In this document: positions 51,201 to 63,265 of the stretch, piece after piece
Layout: each line of letters begins with the position of its first letter
Numbering within the stretch: position 1 is the first letter of the stretch
Source of the DNA: Takakia lepidozioides
Taxonomy: Eukaryota > Plantae > Bryophyta
Direction of reading: 5' to 3'
NCBI GenBank assembly: GCA_030704615.1
Contig: CM060731.1
Span: 75,950,001 to 76,014,000, forward strand
Length of the DNA stretch: 64,000 nt
The notes under the pieces: model-generated
Told to the model about the DNA's origin: nothing
The model's database searches: none
Seen by the model: only the letters and a program-made list of their open reading frames with translations
Program-made: the position numbers and the translations under genes

Positions 51201-54200
51201 CTCTGTTCCAAATCCTGTAGAAAATCATTGGACTCTTTTCTTTGCTGACGCTTTGGCGATGGTGTCAGAGAGAGGGAGAGGGAGATTGGTATTATGCAAT
51301 TACACGCACCTACCATAGCCTGACATTTCGCTGCCCTTCTGAAGCCTTGGGACTTTGGGAGTAGTTGCGCACAACCAACTTCTCCCCCCTCCCATGACTG
51401 CGTTTGCTAAAATGGAAGAGATCCAAGAATGGTATGCGAAAGCAGGGCTGCAGATTCATTAAGTTTTCCATCACTTTCGCACCAAAGTGCAGGAGCTTAT
51501 AATGAAAACGCCTACGCTGAAGAGAGGCAAGTGGGCGCACATCATCAGTTGTGAACTTGTGAAGGCCCTGTGGATGCGAGTTTAGTGGCTGGTTTTAGTG
51601 CTAATAGGGTGGATGATTAGGGTTAAGTAGTTGAGAACATGCTTCCCAGCAGAGCCCTCACTTTCTATAACGGATTCCGTTTCTCCTCCTCCGCCGCAGC
51701 GAATATGGCTGCACTAAGATACCAATCATATTTAAGAGCAGACACCTTATATTATACTGCATGCTTCTGTGGACATTGAAAGAATCAGCTCAAGGAAAAT
51801 CTCCGAACTGGTTCCGTCTCTTCCTGTTTCTTGGTAAGTTACCCGAGGCCAGGGTGATCGATCCACACATGCGTGATGCAGTTCGACAGGGACGAGAGCA
51901 CCAGGAAAGAGAAAGAACACACCAAGGAATGCGTGGAAGTGGATGAATCATCAAGCTCCTTTGAATGTGCACTATGAGGAGCACTTGTGGGGGAGGTAGA
52001 ATGGTGGGAGGGAAGCTGCAGTAGCTGCTAAGTTTGGTGGCAGAGTAGCAGGGCAGGGCAGCATGTGCCACCACCGCCATACATAGCTCCACCAACGCAA
52101 GGAAGCGGAATCAAGCAGGGGTACTCCTCGCATCCTGGCCAGCGTCAATGATGACGCCAGTGGTGGGCACCAAAAGGCCTGACAGCAGACCTGCAGATTT
52201 GTCACATTAATGTATGGCACCTGGCCCTTTTGACCCGTCCGACAGTGAGCTGTTCTTGTGTCCCCTCCTCTGCCTTACACTTTCCCCCTACCTTCCCAAA
52301 AAAGCTTTTTGTGATCTGCTGCATTAGGGTAGTTAGTACTTTTGAGAACCTACCTATTCCAAGCCAAAAACAGAGTCTCAGCCATGAAATCCACAGAACA
52401 ACCTTCTTTGAGTGTCAATGCCAAAAGGATTATAATAGTCAGAGGTTGTGAGGATTCCTATCATTCATTCACCATCCTTTCAAACCTACTCTCTCCCATC
52501 GGAGTGTCACCCATCTTAGTACTTACCCAATTGGGCATGAGGTCGCTGTATCTTCTCAACTAAAAGGCTAGTATTCCTAGAGAACTTGTGTCTTTGAACA
52601 TGCCATTTGTCCCCGGACAAGGGACAAGCAACCCATATGAAAATGACACAACCCAAAAGTTTGAGCTACCCTAAAAGATTGGTACTTACAGTGTGTACAA
52701 TTGATGTACCATTGAAGCAAACAGCAGACAGCTTGCAGGCTTATCTTTGGCAGAGCTACCAATTCCGTCTCACATCATTGGCTCTACAAAGCTTCATGTA
52801 CGAGTCATGAGATGGTCGTCCGGGTTCAGCGCAATAGCGTCCAACTCACTGCTAGCATCAATGCTTCCATCACACACCTAGCTACATAGTCATTCCTTGA
52901 ACTTTGAAGAAGCCAATGCGTCCTACATACCATGCTGGTCAAAGCCCATAAAAGACAAACCAACAGTTGTTTGCAGACGGTGGGTGCTCACTGCTGACAA
53001 CAAGAGGCAGCGGACTCTATAAAAACCCCCATCATATCTTCATCTGCTTTAAACACTAGAAGAGTGCCTAAGCTTAGAAGAGTTGGATGGAGTTCCTTCG
53101 ATCCTCCATCATGTCCCAAAAATGCAACTCTTGTGCTTTTCGATCGCTCCAACCCAAGAAAGAATGAAGATTCGCAACCACACAAGCAGTCAAAATGGGT
53201 GTCTATGTTAAGGATGCTCTGAGAGGCTGAAATATCACATGAGATCATTGGACAACCCCAAGCAAGCTCAGCTATGGCAGGTATCAGCAGCTTCTTTTGG
53301 CGTTTACTTTGTCGCATTTCCGTGTTGAGTTGTTGGACATTGAAAAGGCCATCATCAGCATTTCGTGGGAAATCCCGCAACTTCCGAGGAACCCATCTGC
53401 CACACCCAGTGGCCTGCCATTTGGCACGTGTGACATGATTTGGATGGGTTGCCCTTATCTGACCCAAGATAGGACAGCACCAATCCTGTGCTGCACCCTT
53501 CTCCAGTTCTCTCCCTCTCTTGTGCTCACATGTTCACAGCTCTCTGAGACAGCCTGATGGAATTGCAGGTCCCCATATGTACTGGAGAGACAGAGAGAAG
53601 GAGAGAGAGACACACACATACACCTAGGTACTGTTGCTTCTGCTTCCATTCGCCATCACTCTTATCATGATCGATCATGTTCTTTGTTGACAAAGCCAGG
53701 CTTCTAACTACCTTAGTAGTTAGTTTGCTGTCCCATGCAGAAAATCTGTCATGTGGGAATTCTCTGCACACTGGGAACTTACAATATGATTGAACTATAC
53801 TATACTAATAAGTACTCAGTGTTTCAAAACACTCTGAATGACGTGTCCCCAATTGCTCCAAGCCAACCTGGGAAACCCATAAAGCTCTACAGGTATCCTG
53901 ATACTAAAACAAAACCCAGAAACCTAGTATAGAATTACCTTGTGGTTTTTTTTTGGGTTAACATAAACTATTTCTAGAGAGAATCTACAAAACCTTTTCC
54001 TTAGTCTTCCAGTGTAAATAGTAAATACAGCTTGACCCAGAATATTCTCCTAGGAAAGTTGTGCCTTTTATAAGCCTCAATACTCAATACCTGTGCCGGC
54101 CCAAGCAGAAAGATATTTTCAAACATCTATGCCAGGGCCCAGAAGACATTGGAAAGGTGGATTGCTTTGGCTCCCCAACTGAAGGCCCAAAGACTGGTTG

Positions 54201-55319
54201 GAACAAAACAAATCCGAGTTAGAAAGAATTTTCTTGCGATGAGGCGATTGCGTCACTGTGTACTTAGCTGTGACATGTTGCCGGTGCTTGAGAAGCAAAG
54301 AAAGAAACCTGCATTGATGGCAGTGCGCTCAACAGCCCACATGGGGTTTTACTGTGTTTGTCCCCAAGCCACGGCCAATGTAATTATGCTAAGTACCTAC
54401 CTACACATTCCTCGTTTGCGAAAGTCCTGTCTACAGTGACTACTGGAGAATATGCATGCCCAACTGAGATCCTGGAATTGAAGTCGGATGGCTCTCTGGA
54501 GGCCAATAGTTTCCAAACTGTCTTATGGAAATGGTCCTCTTCTTTGCTCCACATTGAAACCCTCACAAGCTACAGCTTGTTGCCTGCGAAGAAACCTCAC
54601 TTTGTCTTTGTTAGAGAGGGAGGATGTTGGAGACGCCTGTGAATTTTTTGCTTGGAGTGATAATGGGAGTTGGGTGGAGGAAAACAACCCGCCCCCCTCT
54701 CCCAATATCCTTTTCCTTGCCCCTCTGTAATGGGAATACTTGACTAGATCTCATGACAATTCAAAAATTGAAGTAAAATGGAACTGATCCGAAATTTTTC
54801 CCTCGGCATGTTAAGCTGTTGCAGCTCACTGAGAATGTATGCAACAAGTTCCTGGGATCTCCCACCACAAACTCGAAGTTTGAACGTGGGCGACAAAGCT
54901 ACAAGTTCCTAGGATCCCTAACCACAAACTGGAAATTTGAATGAGGGTGACAAAATGGAAGGACCTGAGAGTGTTTGATCAAGGTTGTGCGCATCACTAC
55001 TTGTGGATCTGCGCAATAAATCTTCAAAATAAATATAGATAGAAGCTAGATGCTCATGCAAATCATCTCTCTTTGCAATTTTGACTTCTCAGTAGAACTG
55101 TGTTGGCATTCTTGGGGATGTGCAGGGCACAGGAGGCTTCTGCCCATCACTCTGGGCTACGTGCAGGGCAACATTGATTGGAAGACGGCAGATTGTGTGA
55201 GAGTGACAAACCCACATGCAGAGAGAGATATGCATCAAACGCAGATGGGCTCTGAGTGCTTCACTGGAATTTTAGTTTGCAGCTCAACAATCCAAAGAAA
55301 ATGCTCACTATATCTGTGC

Positions 55320-55680
55320 CTCACCATGCCCCGTTGCATTTGCTCATAGATCTTCAAAGCATCTGTTCCACAACCATGCTTGGCATATACTGTTATCATC
55401 ATAGTCCATGTAAGCAAATCTCGATCGGTCATTTTGTCAAACACTTGGCCTGCATCCACCAGGCTCCCGCACTTGGCATACATGTTGACAAGGGTGTTCA
55501 ATAGAAAGATGCTTGGCTTGAATCCACTCTGGATAATGTGAGCGTGCACCTGCTTTCCCTCTGATAGGTCCCTCATGTTGATGCACTCCTGCAAAAGACA
55601 GACGTAAATATTGAAGTCTGCTTGAATGCCTTGTTGGTTCAGAATATGCAGCACTCTTGCAATCGTACAGCTTTACACAG
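55320..55680 (-). pseudogene. Truncated PLS-PPR fragment (L-S-P)
   Basis: YVCLLQECINMRDLSEGKQVHAHIIQSGFKPS-IFLLNTLVNMYAKCGSLVDAGQVFDKMTDRD-LLTWTMMITVYAKHGCG, homologous to the first repeats of 57891-60812. Confidence 0.88.
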
Positions 55681-56043
55681 TTTTCTCACGTAGCCAAAAG
55701 TGTCAAAAATAATTATAGTCGACCCCCTCTTTTGCTCCTCTTTCAGAGGTGTGGTGATGGCGGAGGTGTTACCCCTCCTGCCAGTTGCCTGATCCAACCC
55801 TCCCATCCTGCATGACTCAAAACTGTTACAAAATTTACGCTTAGACTTGTACCATTCATCTCAAAGTTCACAATCTGTCAAAGAAAAAGTTGACGCTTCC
55901 AGCAAAATTTCCACAGGTTGCAAATTATACCAAAATCATCTGTTTGAATGGTAACCCTTGAATCGTCATAAAAGCAATTGATAGCCGTGGTACTGTTGAC
56001 CTGATGCTCCCTGGAGTATATCGACATCAGGGACATCCCAAGA

Positions 56044-56166
56044 TCATGTTTGACCTTGCACCGTGCCAAGCTCTCTTTTCACCCAACAAGGATATGACCA
56101 CCTCTCAATCCAAAGGACCTCCTTTGTGCAGCGCTTATGTCTCAAGTCCGGTGGTCTTGGGCTTCT
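56044..56166 (-). pseudogene. PDF-motif C-half exon upstream of the PPR fragment
   Basis: ttcacag|RSPRPPDLRHKRCTKEVLWIERWSYPCWVKRELGTVQGQT*. The upstream intron text is homologous to 61447-61480. Confidence 0.75.
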
Positions 56167-57074
56167 CTGTGAAGAAGAAGCAGCAGAGTGCACCTGAGCA
56201 GCCATAGCCTCAGGCAAACCCCCAAGCTACAAGCACAACACACAGCTCCAACCTTGCTTTCAAAATTCAGTACAAGGTAGAAGCACCCATTGCAGTGCAA
56301 ACTGGAAACCCTTGTTGAGTGGCTGTTAGATTCAAGGCATACGAGCATTTGTTTAGGGTCAGAGATGCATGTAAAATGACCCACAAAGCCTTTATTGGCC
56401 GAGACACTCTGCAGCCTCTATGTAAGACACATAAGCAGATCATAATAAGGTAAACTACGTGGGGTCCTCTGATGGAAGGATCAAGTTTGGGGAGTCTCCA
56501 ATTTGAAGGTGGATTCCGATCTAGGTTCGGGTTTGGGTTGGAAATAGGCTTAGGCTTAGTTCACTGGTGAACCATACAACAGTGTCATGTGTAAACTACA
56601 TGATGCCGAACCTACTTTCGATCCAAACTCCGAACCAAAAGAAATACAAAACGAAATATCCATATGTATAAAGTAATGTGAGCATATAAAATTGTAACTG
56701 AAAATCCTAAAATATGCTCACATAACACAAAAAACAATAGGAATAATGTAAAAACTAAGTTGATGAACACGTGCCATGTGACGGTACTTTTGCTAGATTC
56801 AGGCTGCATCGGGGCTGTCAAATCCTCTCTACCCCCTCTTACCCTGGATTCTTTTAAATCACTATTAAATACCTTAGAGAAGAGAGAAGACTTCGGCCGA
56901 AACCGGCGTAACTAAAAAGCCATTTCACCTTGCGGCTACTGCCCCCTTTCAGGAGTGGGCTCTATAATAGCTTAGAATGCATAAGGTCGGTAAGCAATGG
57001 CGAGTAGCCTACTGGTAAGGTGATAGCAGTGAAAGCGGCAAAGTGCCGAAGCTTGATCAGTATATCCTAGGATC

Positions 57075-57392
57075 TGTGTAACTCTGGCTAGTGCAACCCC
57101 AGGTCCATGCAACTCTAGCTATTGTAACCCCGGGTAGGTCACCCTATGTGTCTTGTTGTGTAACTCCTCGCCAAATTTCGACTTAGTGAAATTTCAAGAA
57201 CAAGTGTGAGTTACACCGTTTGGAATTACACTCCCTTCGGTCTAACCTTCAGTGAAATTACAGTCCCTTCCGTGTAATCCGGTAACCCAGTGGAGTTACA
57301 TCCCTTTTATGTAACCCAGTGTCACCCTGGTGTAGTTACACTGCCTCCTGTGTAACCCAGTGTCACCCTGGCTGGAGTTACACTCCCTTCAG
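57075..57392. repeat. Cluster of GTAAC...GTTAC hairpin-type short repeats
   Basis: gtaacccagtgtcaccctgg(tgt/ctgg)agttacac units at ~57311 and ~57352, with degenerate copies from 57075. Confidence 0.7.
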
Positions 57393-57890
57393 TTCCATGT
57401 CACTCTCGAGAGAGGGTGGGGAAAATTTGACATGCCGGAAACCGGCTTTCCGTCCTGTCGGAGATTGCACATGTAGTTCTTACATTATTCCTAGTGTTCT
57501 CCCAATACTACCTGCCCCTCTTAAGCCTTTTTGACGCTGACACTTCAAATAATCCCAAGGGCGGAGCCTTTTCTTTTTTTAGGCACAATAACTTCCAGCA
57601 TGCGCTTCAGCATGCATACTTTCTGTTCAGAAGTTTTTTTCATCCGACATCATCCACAAAAAGTAGATCGTGGATGAAAACGGCCGCAACCCAATTGGGA
57701 TGGCGTTGTCGTTTAGCGGTTCAGAGGGCCTCCATCCCCTTCCTTTTCACCAAAAAAACCTCAAAAAAATTGGTGGGAAAAAAGTTGGAACGACAGTACA
57801 TCATTGCCAAAATTGTCAGGAAATCGACCAAGTAGCGAGGCAGATCAAGGAACGAAGCAAGACACTCATACCTTTCCAGAAAAACATGTT

Positions 57891-60800
57891 TCACCAGTAA
57901 TCCCCACAAGAACAAACCCCATCTTCGAAGTGGTGAAAGCGGCTAGCGTCCCGTACAACAATTGCCCGGCGAACAATCTTTGAGATGAACTTGGTGGCGG
58001 TGTGGCAGTCACCACACACCCGAAGATTCTTGATGAGACGGAGAGGCATCCCAGGGGCCGTGCTGATCAGCCCAAAACCAATGGCCAGCTTCTCACTGTG
58101 GTGGCAAAGAGATAATTCCTTTTGCTCCTCCCCCATATCATGCAATACAAACCGTGTGTCAGACACATACCCTGCCTCCTTCATCTGTCCAGACAATCTT
58201 CTCAATTCAGCATGGATTTCATCAATTTTTGGATGCAATGTGTCGTCTACAACAAAGGTGTGCATCCTGGTGCCGACCACAATGCAGGAGTGACCTGGCT
58301 CCTTTCTGACCCCTCTGACCTTCATCATTTTTCTCACCTTTGCGGTATCGTCCCACCTGCCAGCTGCAGCATAGATGTTTGATAACAACACGTAAGTTGC
58401 GGCGTCCTGTTGATCCCACCTGAGGATAGATATTGCCGCACGTTCAGCCATCTCCACATTGCCATGAACTCTGCAGGCACCAAGCAAGGCTGTCCACACC
58501 ACAGCATTTGGTTTAATTGGCATTCTGTTAATGAAGTCCTCTGCCTCATCCAATTGCCCCGCACGACCAAGAAGGTCCACCATGCAGCCAAAGTGCTCCA
58601 CTGCTGGAGTGATGCCATGATCTTGACTGAGGGAGTTGAAGTAGTATCTGCCTTCATCCACTAGGCCAGCATGGCTACATGCAGAGAGAACACATATAAA
58701 GGTGATATTGTTCAGCTTCAAGCCTTGCATTTGCATTTCTTGAGATAGTTGCAGGGCCTCCATATCACAACCATGCTGGGCATATCCTGCAATCATTGCA
58801 GTCCACGACACCACATCTCGTTGGGCCATATTGTCAAACACTCCCCTTGCATCCTTGAGGCTCCCGCATTTGCCATACATATCCACCAAGGTATTGTTCA
58901 GAATGACATCAGGTACAATTCCAGCTTTGATGATGTCACCATGGACCTCTTTGCCCTTCTCCAGGGCTGCCAGGTTTGCACATGCATTGCAAATGCTCAC
59001 AAATGTGACCTGGTTCGGCTTCACCCCTTCCCTCATCATTTGCTCATAGGTCTCCAAAGCCTCCATCCCACACCCATGTTGGGCATATCCTGCAATCATC
59101 GTGTTCCACGACACCACATCTCGTAAGGCCATAATCTCAAACACTCCTCTTGCATCCTTGAGGCTACCACATTTGGCATACATATCCACCAGGGTATTGT
59201 TCAGAATGACATCAGGTATGATTCCAGCTGTCATGATGTCACCATGTGCCTCTTTGCCCTTGTCCAGGGCTGCCAGGCTTGAACACGCGTTGCAAACACC
59301 TACAAATGTGACCTGGTTGGGCTTCACCCTTTCCTGCATCATTTGCTCATATGTCTCCAAAGCCTCCATCCCGCATCCATGCTGGGCATATCCTGCAATC
59401 ATCGCATTCCACGACACCACATCTCGTTGGGCCATATTGTCAAACACTCCCTTTGCATCTTTGAGGCTCCCACATTTGCCATACATATCCACCAGGGTAT
59501 TGTTTAGAATGACATCAGGTACAATTCCAGCTTTGATGATGTCACCGTGGACCTTTTTGCCCTCCTCCAGGGCTGCCAGGCTTGCACACGCATTGCAAAT
59601 GCATACAAACGTGACCTGGTTGGGCTTCACCCTTTCCCGCACCATTTGCTCATAGGTCTCCAAAGCTTCCATCCCGCACCCATGCTGGACACATCCTGCC
59701 ATCATCGCAGTCCATGACACCACATTTCGTTCAGCCATACTGTCAAACACTTGCTTTGCATCCTTGAGACTCCCGCATTTGGCATACATATCTACCAGTG
59801 TATTGTTAAGAATGACCTCTGGTACAACTCCAGCTTTGATGATGTCACCATGCACCTCTTTGCCCTTTTCCAGGGATGCAAGGCTTGCACACGCATTGCA
59901 AACGCATACAAACGTAACCTGGTTGGGCTTCACACCTTCCCGTATCATTTGCTCATAGGTCTCCAAGGCCTCCACCCTGCACCCATTCTGGGCATATCCA
60001 GCGATCATCGCATTCCAGGAGACCACATCTCGTTGGGTCATATTGTCGAACACTCCCTTTGCATCCGTGATGCTACCACATTTGGCATACATGTTCATCA
60101 GGGCAGTGTTCAGAATGACATCTGGTACAATTCCCGTTTTAATCATGTCGCGATGGACCTCCTTGCCCTTTTCCAGGGCTGCCAGGCTCGCACACGCATT
60201 GCAAATGCAAAGAAACGTGTCCCGGTCTGGCTTCACCCCTTCCCACATCATTTTCTGATAGGTCTCCAAGGCATTCTTACCACACCCATGCTTGGTAAAT
60301 CCTGCCATCATTATATTCCACGTGATCAAACCTCGTTCAGGCATTTTGTTGAACACTTGGTGTGCATCCAGGATGCTACCACATTTAACATACATGTTGA
60401 CAAGGGTGTTGTGTAGGAAAACGTTAGGCTTGAATCTACTTTGTATAATGTGAGCGTGCACCTGCTTTCCAGCCTCCAGACGTTTCATCTTGATGCACTT
60501 ATGCAAGAGACAAACATAAGTTTGTGAATCTGCTGAAATCTCTCCTTGCCTCAAAATCTGTAGAGCGTCTTTCAGTTCCCCTGCCTCACATAGCGCCCTC
60601 ACATGTCCAGGACTGCCGGATGTGGTATTGCGGACTCCCTCTCTTGGCCCTCTTTTGGAGGCTGTGGTCATGGTGGAGTTACCTGATTTTCTCAACTGTG
60701 CCACTGCTGCTGCTTCCAGTTGACTATCTACCCATGCAGGTTTCTTGTAGCTATCAATCCACAGGGAATCATAGGTACTCTTGTGCTTGAAATCCGGTTC

Positions 60801-62082
60801 TCTCAGATGAACCTGAACCCACACTCCATCCCTGCTCCTTCAGCTATACCTGCCTCCACATGAATAATGCCCTTGCTGCTAGCAGCTGACAATGACAGCC
60901 TAAATTCCTTATAGTCAACACCCCGGCCCTACTTACCACACACAGTTCCTATGCTGAATTGCTCCCACGACATTACAAATTTGCTGGGGAGAAGAGAGGA
61001 TGACGATTTGCAAAGAAAGATTTGCGATGCATCTTGTTGTCTGCCTCTCATAACATAACAAGCATTGACCTTTTTGCCTCGATTGTCCCACCATTGACTG
61101 GGGTCCAAAAAATATTCCTTCCAAAGTTTCTCCTCGGCTCTGTTTTCTGTTTTTGGATATTTGCCTGTTGCCACATTGGCAGTAATATGTCAAAACCACT
61201 CCAAACCACCATAGATCCACCAGACAAGCTAATTTGCATAATGCACCGTGAAAAATTAGGGATGACCGTGATTAGAGAACAAACAGGCTAAAATGTGTTG
61301 AAGGTGCCCTCACCACATTGTCCTTGACCTTGTCTCATGACAGCAGCTAGCTTTTCTTTCACCCAAGGAGGATTCAACCAACCATCAATCCAAAGGACCT
61401 GTTTTGAGCGTTGCTTGTGTCTGTAGTTGGGTGATCTCGGATTGGTCTGTGAGAACCATCACGGTGCAGCTGAGCAGCCATAGATTTAAACACAGAGACC
61501 ACGCTGACCCTCCCAAGCACCTTGTAAACACCAAGAAAAAGAACAAATCATGGTACTGACACGAAGAGTCAGGAACAGACAAACTTCTTCACATCTACAT
61601 CAAGAAAGCCGCACCTTGCCGTTATGGTTGTCCCACCATTGTGAAGGAAAAGCATGCCACCGCTGCTCCATGCTCCATAGTAGATCTTTGTGCCCCAAAC
61701 TCCAACAGCATCAACACTTCGTTATGGAGGAGTGCAAGTGTAGCTTTCAATAATATTCATGCAAGTCACTCTCGGTGAGTTACATACGAACATGTCCAAA
61801 CTTATGCAGATGCTAAGCCAGCTTGTCCATGACAAGGTTGCCCATCTAATCAGGTCACTGTGAGTCATACTCACTTTTATCTGCAAGCTTCAAAGTAGCT
61901 CCACTATCCACACCAGAATCAGAACCGCACTCTGATATCTTTCCATCATCACGAGTCCGTTCTCGTTCGTGTGGCATGGCTATTAATTTTTCTTGCACCC
62001 AAGGAGGATCGAACCAACTCTCAATCCATAAGACCTCCTGTGTGCGCTGCTTATGTCTGTAGTATGGAGGTTTTGGATTGGT
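57891..62082 (-). CDS. PDF-motif (OSB-type) + PLS-PPR-E1-E2-DYW fusion protein; putative organellar C-to-U RNA editing factor
   Basis: Final exon 57891-60812 encodes L-S-(P-L-S)x5-P2-L2-S2-E1-E2-DYW with HSEKLA, CGDCH and terminal CSCGDYW*. Upstream exons 61070-61164, 61314-61446, 61615-61685 and 61875-62082 are phase-compatible GT-AG and encode PDF motifs. More 5' exons (~62195-62240, ~62394-62460) and the start codon are uncertain. Confidence 0.88.
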
Positions 62083-63265
62083 CTGTGAAAACGACAAGGG
62101 AGCAGCTGAGAAGCCATAATTTGAACAAAGTCACAACCATCGACCTCCCCAAGTAGCTTGCAATGTCCAGGGAAAAGACAGTGCGCATCGTACTTTCATG
62201 CCCTGCTTAGCAACTTCGGATACTAGAGGAAGAGCAGTCTCTGCAGAACAAAGCCAGATCCTAACTTCACTCAACAACTAGGGGTACAATCCAAAATTAT
62301 CATAGGTCAGCCAAACTCCCTCGGACTCATTCACATCCTACATGAACATAGGTCTACCAGGATTCTTACACTAAAAGGGATGATCAAACTTACCTGTGTG
62401 AAATTGGAATAAAGCATGTCCTGCTTCTTGGGGAAGAATTTCACAGACTCCTGCAACCATTGGCACTGCACTGTTACCCGGGTAGTCCCCAATATGAAGC
62501 CCTAAGCAGGTCTTTACTCTCTGGCTCCATATCTGGCGTTCTTGGGAGTGTGCAAGCGTGTGAAAACACATCAGCAAAAGCTATAGAGCTGCCGAACTTC
62601 AAACGGAATTGCAAATTGAGTCCCTCCGGATTTAACTCATAATTGGACACTGAGCTTCCAAGAGAAAAGAGAAGTAATAGCACATACCTCGCGAGTAGTG
62701 GAGGTAAGGACCCCATGGATAGAAGGCACAAAGGCTTCTCGGAGATGGACGTAAGTGCGAGGATGGGCCTCCATAGGCCGGGGCTTCGATCACGTCCTCC
62801 TTCCCTCCCTTTCAAACGTTCCAATGCCACGCCCCACACTCGCCTTCCTTCCTTCTCTTTGGAAAAAGAAGCTTAAAAATTACTTGCGAGTTTTACGTTT
62901 TACTGATATTATATTAAATCAGGGTAACTTTTCAATACTGATTATATCGCAAGATTTCTCACTGCAGGTAACTTCTTACTTTTGAAGCTCCAGGTTTTTT
63001 CCCGGTATCTCTCTTGGTTACTTGCAGGTTTCTCTCGTAGTGCGCAGTGCATGCTTCTCTCAAGTTTCTCATCAAGTTCCTCATCAACTTGAGCAAGGTA
63101 AACTTTGCATGAAAGGTTAATACACGATCATGATCAATGAGAGACCTGAATTAAATCTGTGAATTTGATCGTCGGTTTGTTTCTGTGCAGTAAGTTTTCA
63201 GTGTCAATCATGTTGTAAACGAGCGTCAAGTAGACTTCATGTAGCAGCTGAACAATCTTAAGTTC

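Noticed and set aside
49719-51320. GC-rich overlapping ORFs
   Set aside because: Expected from high GC content; no recognisable domains; more consistent with promoter or UTR sequence.
51700-53800. Short ORFs downstream of the GC island
   Set aside because: No coherent exon chain or recognisable protein motif found.
54149-54730. Possible GRF zinc-finger remnant (FYCVCP..., CEFFAWSD)
   Set aside because: The motif pieces are in different frames and too weak to call.
57985-60790. Numerous + strand ORFs over the PPR gene (likewise at 750-2700)
   Set aside because: Antisense shadows of repetitive PPR coding sequence.
60813-60824. ORF-track start 'MWVQ' of the 977-aa ORF
   Set aside because: It is a GTG inside the intron acceptor region (gggttcag|). 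The real N-terminus appears to come from upstream exons.
62190-62840. Exact first exons and transit peptide of the PDF-PPR gene
   Set aside because: Plausible splice sites exist (donors ~62393 and ~62688, acceptor ~62241), but I could not fix a unique ATG and frame, so they were left out of the model.
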